DNA of 64,000 bases from a virus. Taxonomy: Duplodnaviria; Heunggongvirae; Uroviricota; Caudoviricetes. A program made the position numbers and the translations under genes. Shown piece by piece: positions 47,720-57,540 of the stretch. Below the pieces are notes generated by a model. It saw only the letters and a program-made list of their open reading frames with translations. It made no database searches and had not been told where the DNA came from. Position 1 is the stretch's first letter; every line of letters begins with the position of its first letter. Where the stretch lies: IMG/VR virus record IMGVR_UViG_3300028534_000514, positions 192,001 through 256,000 of that record. One strand, written 5' to 3'.

Positions 47720-49472
47720 AAAAATTATATTTATAACCTGCTCTTAATCTTCTCTCATTAAAATCTACTGCCGATCCGTATACCCGCCCCCGATTATCGA
47801 AAGCATTATCTAGATATAAACTAAATTCATGATCTTTATAATTATATATATATCCAAAATTTACGATATTATAACCATAATGATGTTCTGATGTTCGAAT
47901 ATCACTAAAATCACGGTAAGCCATTTTATCTTCTGGTATTTCTGGCGCATAAAGCCATTCTACAAATCCACCAAAATATGTAATTTTACTTTCAAGAGTT
48001 ATTGGTTGAACTTTGGATAAATATCCATAATCATAGGTTTTTGCGTCCACGTATTCTCCAGCTAAATGCAAGTCTACTTCTCCGATGGTTCTATTATATG
48101 CAATAGATATTCCCTTGATTCTTCCATCAGCATTTACATAAATATCGGTACCATCGTAACCGTCTGAACTTTTTATGTATTCTCTGGTGATCATATCTTT
48201 AACCTCTTTATAAAAAAGGGATAACTCTGCTCCTTGATAGAATATTCCAATTCGATAGGTCAGAGCTTGTTCTTTTGTCAAAAAAGCATTTGATACTTCT
48301 GGAATACTATCATATTTTCTAGCCTCTGCTAGATCTGTAATAGTTGGAAATTTAAAATTGGTATTAATACTCGAATAGATAAAACCATCTTTAGTGTATT
48401 TATATTTAGTAGAAATACCGAAGGCACTACCAGTCATCGATTTATCAATATTATTATCACCTTTGGTTTTCATCCATGAAAAATTATAAGTAATGGTATA
48501 ATCCCAATTCTTTGATAAAGGTGCATTATATTTGGTCCAAACGGACAATGTATTGTAATAATATTTATTATTTTTAGACGGAGTTCCATCGATATTTTCT
48601 TGGTATTGTAAATCTTCGTAATGTTCGGTTAATCCATAACTAAAAACATCTTCCGTTTGGATTAATCCTCTATGAAAATTACTAACGTTTAAACCAAGGA
48701 TATCATTTGTATTTTTATTATACGATACATCAATACCATCATTTTTCTTATCATAGGTGTAACTATCATTAAAGTGTTGGTAACTTGGTTGGATAACGAT
48801 ATTAGTATTTGGGATATTATACGTATGTGAAATCATAACATATCGTTGTAAATCAAATACATAATAATCCCCTTTTTGAAATTTATCATTTCTTGGGATA
48901 TCATCTGATTCACTAAAAATAAATTTTGTTTTCCCATATATAGTATTTAATCCAAGATAAATTCCTTTTTGGTTATAATCTGAGTGTTCTACTTTACCTT
49001 CTGGTGTAACCACATCGCCATTTTCCGTGATACTTACCCCGAATTCGAGGGTTTCATCACCATATCCTAAAAATGTGTGAAAAGTATTTTCACTTACATT
49101 TACGGAGAACTCATTTTCGGAAATACCAATTTTTCGTTCGATTGTTCCGCCCAATGAATTATTTAAAAGCGTATCATTAATTGAATTATACAATACAAAA
49201 TCATCCGGAACCCAGGAATAATATTGATTTGGTCCGGATCTAAACATAGCATTAGTAAATCTATTTCCATCAAGGGTTATAAGGATCTTATCACCCATTA
49301 ATCCATCAATAACGGGTTGCTTTAATCCAGGGGAAGTCTCTTGCATTTGAAGGACCTCTCCCTCAGAGGTCAATGGCGTAATATTGGTTGCCTCTACTGT
49401 AATCTCAGCAAGGGTTGCCTCAGAGGCAAAAATACTCAAGGTAAAAAATATTCCAATTAAAATCTTTTTCAT
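47718..49472 (-). CDS. TonB-dependent outer-membrane receptor
   Basis: Signal peptide, TonB-box-like EITVEA, plug motif TSPG...P.IDGL...ILITLDG.RF...RSGPNQY, amphipathic beta strands, LDNAFD, terminal YKYNF. Confidence 0.85.
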   Translation of the reverse strand: MKKILIGIFFTLSIFASEATLAEITVEATNITPLTSEGEVLQMQETSPGLKQPVIDGLMGDKILITLDGNRFTNAMFRSGPNQYYSWVPDDFVLYNSINDTLLNNSLGGTIERKIGISENEFSVNVSENTFHTFLGYGDETLEFGVSITENGDVVTPEGKVEHSDYNQKGIYLGLNTIYGKTKFIFSESDDIPRNDKFQKGDYYVFDLQRYVMISHTYNIPNTNIVIQPSYQHFNDSYTYDKKNDGIDVSYNKNTNDILGLNVSNFHRGLIQTEDVFSYGLTEHYEDLQYQENIDGTPSKNNKYYYNTLSVWTKYNAPLSKNWDYTITYNFSWMKTKGDNNIDKSMTGSAFGISTKYKYTKDGFIYSSINTNFKFPTITDLAEARKYDSIPEVSNAFLTKEQALTYRIGIFYQGAELSLFYKEVKDMITREYIKSSDGYDGTDIYVNADGRIKGISIAYNRTIGEVDLHLAGEYVDAKTYDYGYLSKVQPITLESKITYFGGFVEWLYAPEIPEDKMAYRDFSDIRTSEHHYGYNIVNFGYIYNYKDHEFSLYLDNAFDNRGRVYGSAVDFNERRLRAGYKYNF

Positions 49473-49493
49473 ATTTACTCCAAATTTCGCTGG

Positions 49494-50114
49494 TTAACCA
49501 GCGAAATTATTTCTTTCTGTTTCAAATTTTTTCTTAAGAGTTTCGTCTGCCAAGGTTTTAAGTTGGCCGGCTAGTCCGATGGCATGCCATTTTTCTAAAG
49601 CAAGCGTCACTTTATTTTGACCTTTATAATTTAAGAAAATTTTTACTTTTCCATTATTACCCATGGCAGTACCAACAGATACTTGTTTTGTCTGGCCTTG
49701 ACCCTGAGCAGTACCTGCGAATTTAGAACTATCTGTAAATACAACGAAATCTGGAGATTGACCGTATACCGCTGCAAAATTTAATGCTTCAGAAAGAGCA
49801 TATAGATCTCTTACATTAATTTTCATAATTTCTTTTCTGCTTTGGTCATAAGTTCTCCCTGACTGTTTTGATTGGTCTGGGATACCAGGGACAAACATAA
49901 GAAAGGAGTTTGCTGTTGGAAATTGTTTTCCAATATCAATAAATCCAGTTGCTTCAAATAATTGAGTCGCCGGGAAGTTTACTCTTCCAACTACAGAAAT
50001 GGTATTACCTGATTTTGGTTGTTCGGTGGGTACCTCTACTGGAGCTGCGGCTGTTGAGTATCCCTCTGGGGCTGCTGGTGGTACTGGTGGTTGTGGCATA
50101 GTTGTGTTTTCCAT
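49494..50114 (-). CDS. Hypothetical protein, possibly Whirly/PC4-like ssDNA-binding
   Basis: Pro-rich N-terminus then two beta-beta-beta-alpha-like units (YD..RKEIMKINVRDL; KVTLALEKWH). Confidence 0.5.
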   Translation of the reverse strand: MENTTMPQPPVPPAAPEGYSTAAAPVEVPTEQPKSGNTISVVGRVNFPATQLFEATGFIDIGKQFPTANSFLMFVPGIPDQSKQSGRTYDQSRKEIMKINVRDLYALSEALNFAAVYGQSPDFVVFTDSSKFAGTAQGQGQTKQVSVGTAMGNNGKVKIFLNYKGQNKVTLALEKWHAIGLAGQLKTLADETLKKKFETERNNFAG

Positions 50115-50154
50115 TTTTTATTTCCTTTATTTTATATTATAATTTTATATTTTT

Positions 50155-50568
50155 TTAAAAAAGATCACTTACATCGATTTTTTCATTTGGATCGAAAGTT
50201 GGTTCATTGGTAAATGCTTCTAGCGCTTTCGCGACCGAGGATTCCTTACCAAATTCTTTTGAATAGGTTCTGGATGGATCCCCTTCATATTTTTTTAAAT
50301 ATTTATCAAGGTCTACAAAGAAAGCATCTTCCAAAGTATCCTTTAACTTTTGATGTTTCTCATCTTTTTTTACTGGGATAACTATTAGATCATATCCCAT
50401 TTCATCACATAGATTCTCCATTAACTTTTTAGATGGAGTTGGTTTACGTCCTTGCATAAAATACCTAAAACCAGAGTAACTAATGTTGAAACCAAGGTCT
50501 TTTAAAAATCTAGCTTTAATTGGTATTTTATCAAAAACAACCTTTAATTTTGAAAAGAAGGTATTCAT
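50155..50568 (-). CDS. Xre/Cro-like HTH DNA-binding protein
   Basis: LGFNISYSGFRYFMQGRKPTPSKKLMENLCDEMG. Confidence 0.55.
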   Translation of the reverse strand: MNTFFSKLKVVFDKIPIKARFLKDLGFNISYSGFRYFMQGRKPTPSKKLMENLCDEMGYDLIVIPVKKDEKHQKLKDTLEDAFFVDLDKYLKKYEGDPSRTYSKEFGKESSVAKALEAFTNEPTFDPNEKIDVSDLF

Positions 50569-50589
50569 CTTTATTCCTTTATTATTGTT

Positions 50590-50623
50590 TTGCTATTTTA
50601 TAGCAATTGCTATGAAATAGCAC
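50590..50623. promoter_or_regulatory. Double palindromic site directly upstream of the HTH gene
   Basis: ttgct-attttat-agcaa-ttgct-atgaaat-agcac. Confidence 0.7.
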
Positions 50624-51175
50624 TTAAATCCCTGGATAATTTTGCCTTTCCAAATAGGACTCCATTTCGTCCAAGAATAGTTGCCCGTCATAATTGTTCG
50701 ATTCATCACCGCTAAAAAATTGCTGACCTCTCATATTTCTTTTTACCGTCTCATCGGTTACTTGCTCGTTATTTTTCGCAGCTTCAATAATTTTTGAAGC
50801 TCCCATAGCTCCTTGATTCCAAGCAAGATACATATTAAACTTGGTGGGTGCTACTCCATAATGGCTCATTTGAGAAAGAGTGTCATTAAAATACCAATTA
50901 CACATTTCATCCTGTAATTGTTTACATTCCGGTTCAGTACTATTTTTACAATTCGACCAGAGCTCTAGCGCTTCCTCGGTTGAACTTGCCCTGCCCATAC
51001 CCGTTAAGGTATAGGCAGCCGTTTTATCTACGAATTGATATCTTCCCGCGGCAGTTGTTTTATCATTTTGTGCATCATAACCGCCACTTCCTTCACCGGT
51101 TGCCATAAGATTACAACCGTCGGTTGGTTCAACTATATCTTCACATACTATTTTTTCAACTTCATTGTCTGGCAT
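50624..51175 (-). CDS. Lysozyme-like / lytic transglycosylase
   Basis: Catalytic E (GEGSGGY), TAAGRYQF, YLAWNQG. Confidence 0.75.
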   Translation of the reverse strand: MPDNEVEKIVCEDIVEPTDGCNLMATGEGSGGYDAQNDKTTAAGRYQFVDKTAAYTLTGMGRASSTEEALELWSNCKNSTEPECKQLQDEMCNWYFNDTLSQMSHYGVAPTKFNMYLAWNQGAMGASKIIEAAKNNEQVTDETVKRNMRGQQFFSGDESNNYDGQLFLDEMESYLERQNYPGI

Positions 51176-51197
51176 TTTTTTCCTTATTTTTTAAATA

Positions 51198-53291
51198 TTA
51201 AGTACTTGGGTCAACTGGTAAAATTCTAAAAATCATTGTTGGTTTACCGAGAACATGCTCATATGATTTAAAATCTGCTACAGCAGCCCCTTTACCGTTG
51301 GTAACTGTAGAATGCATAAATTGTGTATTATCTAACGCTATACCAGTATGCCCATTATCTCTCCCTTGGCTATGGAAGAATACAATATCTCCTGGTTGTA
51401 TCTTATCAACACTTTCAACAAGAACGACACCATTTGATTTATATTTCATAAACCAGTTTGTCTGGTTAATTGTTCCATCAGGATATGGTTCTTTTCCTCG
51501 ATCAGCTCCAGCGGCACGGACGGCTCTCATTGTGAAATTAGAGCAATCACTTTGAGCATAGGTAAATCCTTGTTTAATTAATTTTGCACCCTCAACCGCT
51601 ATCTGTGTATTTGCAGACGAATTTGGTCCGGCAACCGGGATAGAATCAAGATCTATATTTACGGAATGAGCTGGATCTCCACAGAGTATATCTGAAGTAT
51701 TATTATATAACTGCTGTTCAGTCAGAGTAGCTTCTTGATAAGGACTATTACGTGTAGTTGTAAAATATTCAGCAAGAGTATTTGGAGCCTTATCTACCAT
51801 TAAAAAAGAAATCTCAGTTTCTAATGAAAACACTGGAGTAATTAATTGTTCTGCCTCAGAGGCATTCTGTTTTTCTTTTAATAGATTCAGGATGGCGTCT
51901 GTAGGTTTTACTTGTTTAAAAGTATGAGATACTTGATAACCGGTTCCAATCCGATCATATTTATTACCGCTTGGTTTTTCATAAACCTCATATTCATTAA
52001 ATACCTCTGCTTTTAAGGAAACGACAGTATGTAAATCAATTTGTCCAACCCAAAGATTATTGAAACTATAAGTTACAATATCTGGATGCAAACTCATAAA
52101 AATATTATAAAAGGTTTGCATCTGTTGAATCTCTTCGCTAGAAAGAAATGTTACATAATATTTATACATTGGGTTGCTCATTTTTTTAAGCTTAATATAA
52201 CCATTGGTACTAGTTAAAACATAATTATGTTTGTGAACCTGGTTCCAAACCCCAAGATTAATTGGATTTCCAGTAACCATGTCTTCTGCATATATTTTCG
52301 GAAAATTATCGCGAAACATATATCGCCCAGTATTAAAGTAGGTATCTCTTTTAATCATTTTAAAATCGACTGATTTAAAAGATTCCATTGTTGTTTCGAC
52401 ATTATCAGATGATTTGCCCATCATAAAGTTAGATAATTGAATATCAGTATACGGTTCCCATGTTTGATATTTAGCAAGATCTAGGATCTTAATAACACTC
52501 GATCTTTCGCTAAGATGACCATCATTTTTTGTACTAAAATCATCAATAACCCAAGCATATGGTGTTTTAAAAAGAGGATACTGGTCGAAAAAATAACCTA
52601 ATACCTCAAAATTAGTATTGGCTTCCATCTGATACCCAGTCACAGGCGCACTATTAATTATAGAATCGCTCCCAACTTTATTTGGAGTATAATCAAGATC
52701 CAACATTATATTTGAATTTGAATTATTTGCAGGTTGAGGGGTATATGTTTCAGTTAAAGTTTTACCAAAATCACCAAGTAAAAAATCTAAAGGTTTTTGA
52801 CCAGTTCCTAATGGATCAAATTGCGGGCTTTTTCCACCAAGGGTAAATGCAAAATTATTTTCTACTTTCATGCGCTCCAATGTTATAGAACTCAATGTCA
52901 ATGTTGTTTTTAAAGCAGGATATGTACCTGCAACCCTTGAAACTGTTGGTGGGGGATTTAAATCAGTACACATAAAAAAGTTTGCAAATTGGGCGTTACC
53001 CGAACTACTTTTTACAAGTGGTTCGACCAAAATATAAACCAACATTTTGCCTTCTGCAAGAGCAGAAGCAGTATTATTATCCATATCAATAACATGCAAA
53101 CGAACACGGGTGTCATTTGTAGCATATGATTTAAAAATTTCTAATTCAAGGATTTGATTTGGGGTTATAGTCGACGATTGCTTAGAAAGCAAATCACCGT
53201 CCGATGCCCGGATTTCCTGGTACATCGGATTCGGTATTACCTCAACTTTTATCTCATTAAATTTAAAGTCGACGTTTGTATTTTGTGGCAT
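51198..53291 (-). CDS. Probable tail/baseplate-hub protein with C-terminal NlpC/P60 hydrolase
   Basis: DCSNFT, PGDIVFF, HTGI, FMHS; long N-terminal region; adjacent to the lysozyme-like gene. Confidence 0.7.
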   Translation of the reverse strand: MPQNTNVDFKFNEIKVEVIPNPMYQEIRASDGDLLSKQSSTITPNQILELEIFKSYATNDTRVRLHVIDMDNNTASALAEGKMLVYILVEPLVKSSSGNAQFANFFMCTDLNPPPTVSRVAGTYPALKTTLTLSSITLERMKVENNFAFTLGGKSPQFDPLGTGQKPLDFLLGDFGKTLTETYTPQPANNSNSNIMLDLDYTPNKVGSDSIINSAPVTGYQMEANTNFEVLGYFFDQYPLFKTPYAWVIDDFSTKNDGHLSERSSVIKILDLAKYQTWEPYTDIQLSNFMMGKSSDNVETTMESFKSVDFKMIKRDTYFNTGRYMFRDNFPKIYAEDMVTGNPINLGVWNQVHKHNYVLTSTNGYIKLKKMSNPMYKYYVTFLSSEEIQQMQTFYNIFMSLHPDIVTYSFNNLWVGQIDLHTVVSLKAEVFNEYEVYEKPSGNKYDRIGTGYQVSHTFKQVKPTDAILNLLKEKQNASEAEQLITPVFSLETEISFLMVDKAPNTLAEYFTTTRNSPYQEATLTEQQLYNNTSDILCGDPAHSVNIDLDSIPVAGPNSSANTQIAVEGAKLIKQGFTYAQSDCSNFTMRAVRAAGADRGKEPYPDGTINQTNWFMKYKSNGVVLVESVDKIQPGDIVFFHSQGRDNGHTGIALDNTQFMHSTVTNGKGAAVADFKSYEHVLGKPTMIFRILPVDPST

Positions 53292-53300
53292 AGAAATCCT

Positions 53301-54131
53301 TTAATCAAGTTTTCTATCGATATGAATCCTTGGACTATATCTAATTCCCAATTCAAGAGCTTTTCTTGAGGTGGCATCCTTCGATTTATTCCAGAATTCA
53401 GCATCTTCCCCAATTGGATCATTTGGGGTAAATGGCATGAGCATGATGTTTTTACGCTCAACATTTAACTCATCTAATAGATAATCAATAAATATTTTTT
53501 CGTGCTCAAAATCAATAATTTCTTCTGTAAAATCATAAATAAATTTAAAATAAACAGGGTATTGTCTTAGATAATCAGCGATATTTTTAAAAGTATCAAA
53601 ATACATTTTATCTACTTCCTGCTGGGTTAATTGATCTTCGTAGCATGTTTTAGCATCCAATTTAGGACTGACTGTTAGAGTCGGCACCACATCAAATTCA
53701 GAAATAATTTCATTAAAACTCTGAATAAGATGCATGCAGTTTTCTTTATCTTTTAGAAGATTCCCATTCGATTCAATACCAAAGAAATCTAATCCAACTG
53801 GCGAGATGGAATTAACCCACCTAAAAATATCTGGAAAATGCTCCATAAAATGCAGGGGTTCCCCTCCGGTAACGGTCATTCTTTTCGGAGTCATTACCTG
53901 AAGCTGTTCTGCTAATTTAATGGTAATACCTCTGCCGGCCAGTTCATCAAAATTAGGGGCTTCCCCCCAAGAGAATTTTGTGTCACAAAAAGAACAGGCT
54001 GCGGAGTAACATCCTGCGAGTCGAATATAAATAGATGGTTGTCCGATCGCGTCGCCTTCTCCTTCTAACGATACGAACCATTGAGATATTTTTGGAGGGT
54101 TTGTACTCAGATCAAAGTTAAGTTGTTTCAT
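53301..54131 (-). CDS. queE: 7-carboxy-7-deazaguanine synthase (radical SAM)
   Basis: SLEGEG...G.P.IYIRLAGC-YSAA-CSFCDT, TGGEP, ESNG, SPK, SPRIH; start MKQLNF with SD aagga. Confidence 0.9.
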   Translation of the reverse strand: MKQLNFDLSTNPPKISQWFVSLEGEGDAIGQPSIYIRLAGCYSAACSFCDTKFSWGEAPNFDELAGRGITIKLAEQLQVMTPKRMTVTGGEPLHFMEHFPDIFRWVNSISPVGLDFFGIESNGNLLKDKENCMHLIQSFNEIISEFDVVPTLTVSPKLDAKTCYEDQLTQQEVDKMYFDTFKNIADYLRQYPVYFKFIYDFTEEIIDFEHEKIFIDYLLDELNVERKNIMLMPFTPNDPIGEDAEFWNKSKDATSRKALELGIRYSPRIHIDRKLD

Positions 54132-55149
54132 TATTATCCTTATGTTTATGTAGTATGTCTTCTTTAAAGAATTCAGTCCGTCCACCTTTAGTTTCAGGCC
54201 AGCTGGGGTTCTCGCATCTATATGGTGCAAAAGCTTCTAATATTTCTTGTTCAGCTAGATATGCGTCCAAGCCGTTATCAAAATGGGTTTGCTCTAATAT
54301 AGCAATTGCTCTGTTTGAGCAAAACTCTTTACCGAAACGTTCTTCTACTGTTTTATTTGTAATGCCTATTTTATATAGATCTTCTTGTGGATCGTATAGG
54401 TAATATAAAACAGCTGGAACGTCTGGATTAAAACAAGATTTTTTATAGGTTATATCAATAGAAAATTTTCTTATTGTTGTATATGCAAAATCTGCGGAAC
54501 ATGAATAATATTCCATAAATTTTTTTATATCTAGATGATTATCATCATCAATAAAATTATCAATAATAAATTGTTTATTAATATCCTTTACATTAGCAAG
54601 TTTTTTTTGCATAACGTTAGAACCAAGTCCAGACTCAAGTAATTTTTGATTGGTGGTCTCTCTTGTTTTTTCTTTTTTATCTTTAATATACTCGAGTTTA
54701 CTGATATTATCAACACCATATTTTTCACGGACTGTTTGTTTAACCTGTAATTGTTTATCCGGATTTTCAAAATTAGTTCGGTAACCGGTACGTGTTAAAC
54801 ACGCTTTTTCTCTGGCTAATCTATGTAATCGTTTATAACATTCTATATGTTCATCATCTTTTTTATTACATAATAATTTGAAGTATCCTGCACTCCTAGT
54901 GGTTCTTTCCCGAGGATTATTGCATCCATTAACAGGACATTTCCAATCGTTTTTGATACCACTTTCGATAACATATAATCTATATATCAGATCCATATCT
55001 TCCGGGAGAAATGATGTCAATTCCTTTAATTTTTTTTCATACATTTTAAATTTCGATAGCCGCTCGTCCTCCCATTTTTTAGAAGGTTTTATAAGTTGAC
55101 CAGTGTTATTAATAAATCCATCTTTTTTTAGTGATGATATAATATCCAC
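54118..55149 (-). CDS. Free-standing homing-endonuclease-like protein with C-terminal GIY-YIG/T5orf172-type domain
   Basis: CPVNGC, repeats such as KQTVREKYGVDN, then LYYL...YKIGIT...EERF...EQEIL...GGRTEFF. Confidence 0.7.
   Translation of the reverse strand: MDIISSLKKDGFINNTGQLIKPSKKWEDERLSKFKMYEKKLKELTSFLPEDMDLIYRLYVIESGIKNDWKCPVNGCNNPRERTTRSAGYFKLLCNKKDDEHIECYKRLHRLAREKACLTRTGYRTNFENPDKQLQVKQTVREKYGVDNISKLEYIKDKKEKTRETTNQKLLESGLGSNVMQKKLANVKDINKQFIIDNFIDDDNHLDIKKFMEYYSCSADFAYTTIRKFSIDITYKKSCFNPDVPAVLYYLYDPQEDLYKIGITNKTVEERFGKEFCSNRAIAILEQTHFDNGLDAYLAEQEILEAFAPYRCENPSWPETKGGRTEFFKEDILHKHKDNNETT
54289..54322. promoter_or_regulatory. Perfect double palindromic site inside a CDS
   Basis: ttgct-ctaatat-agcaa-ttgct-ctgtttg-agcaa. 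Confidence 0.7.
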
Positions 55150-55212
55150 GTTTTTTCCTTAATAATAACTTGCGGTAACATATAATTTAGATGCTTGCTA
55201 ATAAATAGCAAA

Positions 55213-55677
55213 TTAATCCCAAAATTTTCTATGGTGTCTATCTAGCCTACTAAAAAACCTTTTGGAACGTTTTTTATACTCTTCATTGTATCCATCTTTA
55301 AATTCATTATCATCATCTAGCATCCATTCTAAATCAGCTATAAGATCTTTGAGAACATCTTTTTCTTTATAATCGTTGACATAATGAGTATCTCTGCCCC
55401 AATGCTCCTCCATATCCCGAAGTTTAAATCTAAGCATTTCCAGTAGATAATAATAATCCCACCATCGATCTTTCCAGATAATTTTTCGCCATTTCCAAAG
55501 ATTAGAAATACCTTTTTTAAATGATCGAGTTGGATATATAATTGAATGATTCCACCAATAATTAATATTAAATTTAAGTTCTTCCCACCATTTTTTATAA
55601 AAAGGCAGTTGAGGTTCATCCGTTGTCTCGAGATTTTCAATCCACTTTAAAATATCTTTTTCTTTAAATTCATTCAT
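55213..55677 (-). CDS. Trp-rich phage hypothetical protein
   Basis: NLWKWRKIIWKDRWWDY...KFWD. Confidence 0.75.
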   Translation of the reverse strand: MNEFKEKDILKWIENLETTDEPQLPFYKKWWEELKFNINYWWNHSIIYPTRSFKKGISNLWKWRKIIWKDRWWDYYYLLEMLRFKLRDMEEHWGRDTHYVNDYKEKDVLKDLIADLEWMLDDDNEFKDGYNEEYKKRSKRFFSRLDRHHRKFWD

Positions 55678-55679
55678 TT

Positions 55680-56750
55680 TTATTCCTCCAATGGATAAAA
55701 TATTTCTCTTCCGAATGTTTTGGTTCTTACCGCCTGATTTCTTCTGGTATATATTAAATCATTTCTATATCTATACATAATTGATCTTCCTCTAATAGCA
55801 GAGCCAATTGGGGCGTCATTATATTTGGCAAGCATCCAATTTAATTCTAGAAATTGCAATTTTTCGTCTAGCTTAAAAGTTAAAAGAGTATCCAGAAGGT
55901 TATATGCTAAAAATCTAGGAAGATCTTCCTGATAAACTCTATTCATATCATCAAGATCTAATTTTTTAATTTTAAGTTCAACCTCTGCAACAGTATCCAA
56001 TTTATAATTTGGAAGAGATTTACCGAGTCCATTACCACCTTGATCCACCGGTTTATAAAGTGTCAGTAAATCAACTTTGGTATAGTCAGGCCACTCATAA
56101 GATAATTCACCAAATTTCTGAACTTCACCAAATTCCGACATATAGTCGTATATTGATTCTCCAATAAGGTTTAATCCTCTATTTACAACATACGGGTCAT
56201 CAAATAAACTACTATTGAATCCAATTAAAAATAAGGAATATACCTCTCTAAGATATAAGAAAAAAGCGGCTAATAATTCGCTCTCGTTTTTAAAAACCCG
56301 TACTTCGATTTCAAGCCCATCAATATCATACGTTTGATTTTCAGTAACCAGATCCGCATAAATCTTTTCCACTTCAACCTGAAGAGTTTCCTGTTCAATA
56401 ATATTACAGGTACCCTGTTTGCCTGTAACAGGATGTGTCCAAAATGGACATGTAAAAATAACTGCTTTATTCTTAAGATTATTATAAACAGCAATCGAGT
56501 TAACCATATATGCAGCTTTCTTAGAATCTGGGAATACCGAGGGATCATAAAATACCTCGATATCGTAATAGGATTTATTCAATATTTTCTTAGTTGAATC
56601 CCCTTCTTTAAAGTTTAGCATATATTCTTGAAACTGATATTCGTCCGCACTAAAATCAATATTATAAAATTGATAAAATTTTAAATCATTTCTTTTAAGT
56701 GCTCCAAATAGTTTTTTAACCCCATCCGTATCAATTGTGGAGAAATTCAT
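55680..56750 (-). CDS. Family B DNA polymerase, 3'-5' exonuclease piece
   Basis: ExoI YYDIEV, ExoII GFNSSLFDDPYVVNR, VDLLTLYK, YKLDTVA, ExoIII YNLLD. Confidence 0.85.
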   Translation of the reverse strand: MNFSTIDTDGVKKLFGALKRNDLKFYQFYNIDFSADEYQFQEYMLNFKEGDSTKKILNKSYYDIEVFYDPSVFPDSKKAAYMVNSIAVYNNLKNKAVIFTCPFWTHPVTGKQGTCNIIEQETLQVEVEKIYADLVTENQTYDIDGLEIEVRVFKNESELLAAFFLYLREVYSLFLIGFNSSLFDDPYVVNRGLNLIGESIYDYMSEFGEVQKFGELSYEWPDYTKVDLLTLYKPVDQGGNGLGKSLPNYKLDTVAEVELKIKKLDLDDMNRVYQEDLPRFLAYNLLDTLLTFKLDEKLQFLELNWMLAKYNDAPIGSAIRGRSIMYRYRNDLIYTRRNQAVRTKTFGREIFYPLEE

Positions 56751-57540
56751 TATTTGCTACCGCTTCTGATAAAATATCAGTTACTTGTTCCATAGCTTCA
56801 TTCTGTTCTTCGATGATATCAGCCATAACATCAATGCCAAAAATGAAAGATTCGGAAATACTCGAAACTTTAATACCTTGTTTTTTTGCAAGTTTTTTGG
56901 CTTTTTTTAGGGCTTTAAGATACCTTTTGGCAGGAATCATAATACCGTCGATATTAACATGTGTTGCTATTCCACGTTCGCACATTTCTTTTGCACCAAA
57001 CCACCATTCTTTTCCATCCAACATCTTTTGCATTTCCGTTTCGGATAGTCCGATAACATGTCCTCTAAAAAACGAAGTTATATTTTTGGTTATATGTTTA
57101 AGATGATCCTTCATTTCATGGCCCTTACCAATAATTCCACCACTAAAATTATGAAACATTAAACTTGAATTTTCGTAAATAATTCTTCTATCGCCAATAC
57201 AAAACATAATGGCTGCCATGGAGGACGCCTCTGATAAAAGTTCAGTTTGAATATCTGCGCCGGTATTCTTAACCGCATTAATAATTGCTCTTCCTTCAGA
57301 AACTAGCCCGCCAGGACTATTAAAAATAAGGGTAATTCTATCATCAGGGGTTAGTTGCCGAATATCCTCTAATAGTACCGCCAGACTTGGTTTTGATTCA
57401 GTAAACGTTGAAAGATAAAAAACAGCCGATCTAATAATTGGAATATTAATTTTATACTTCGGTATTTCCTTAAGAAACCAAACATGCTTTTCTCCGCTTT
57501 TTGGTGCATTTGTCGGTCTATTTTCATTTTTTCTACTCAT
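56731..57540 (-). CDS. ClpP-like serine protease
   Basis: FNSPGG.V.EG, ASSMA (Ser), MFH (His), EWWF. Confidence 0.85.
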   Translation of the reverse strand: MSRKNENRPTNAPKSGEKHVWFLKEIPKYKINIPIIRSAVFYLSTFTESKPSLAVLLEDIRQLTPDDRITLIFNSPGGLVSEGRAIINAVKNTGADIQTELLSEASSMAAIMFCIGDRRIIYENSSLMFHNFSGGIIGKGHEMKDHLKHITKNITSFFRGHVIGLSETEMQKMLDGKEWWFGAKEMCERGIATHVNIDGIMIPAKRYLKALKKAKKLAKKQGIKVSSISESFIFGIDVMADIIEEQNEAMEQVTDILSEAVANNEFLHN

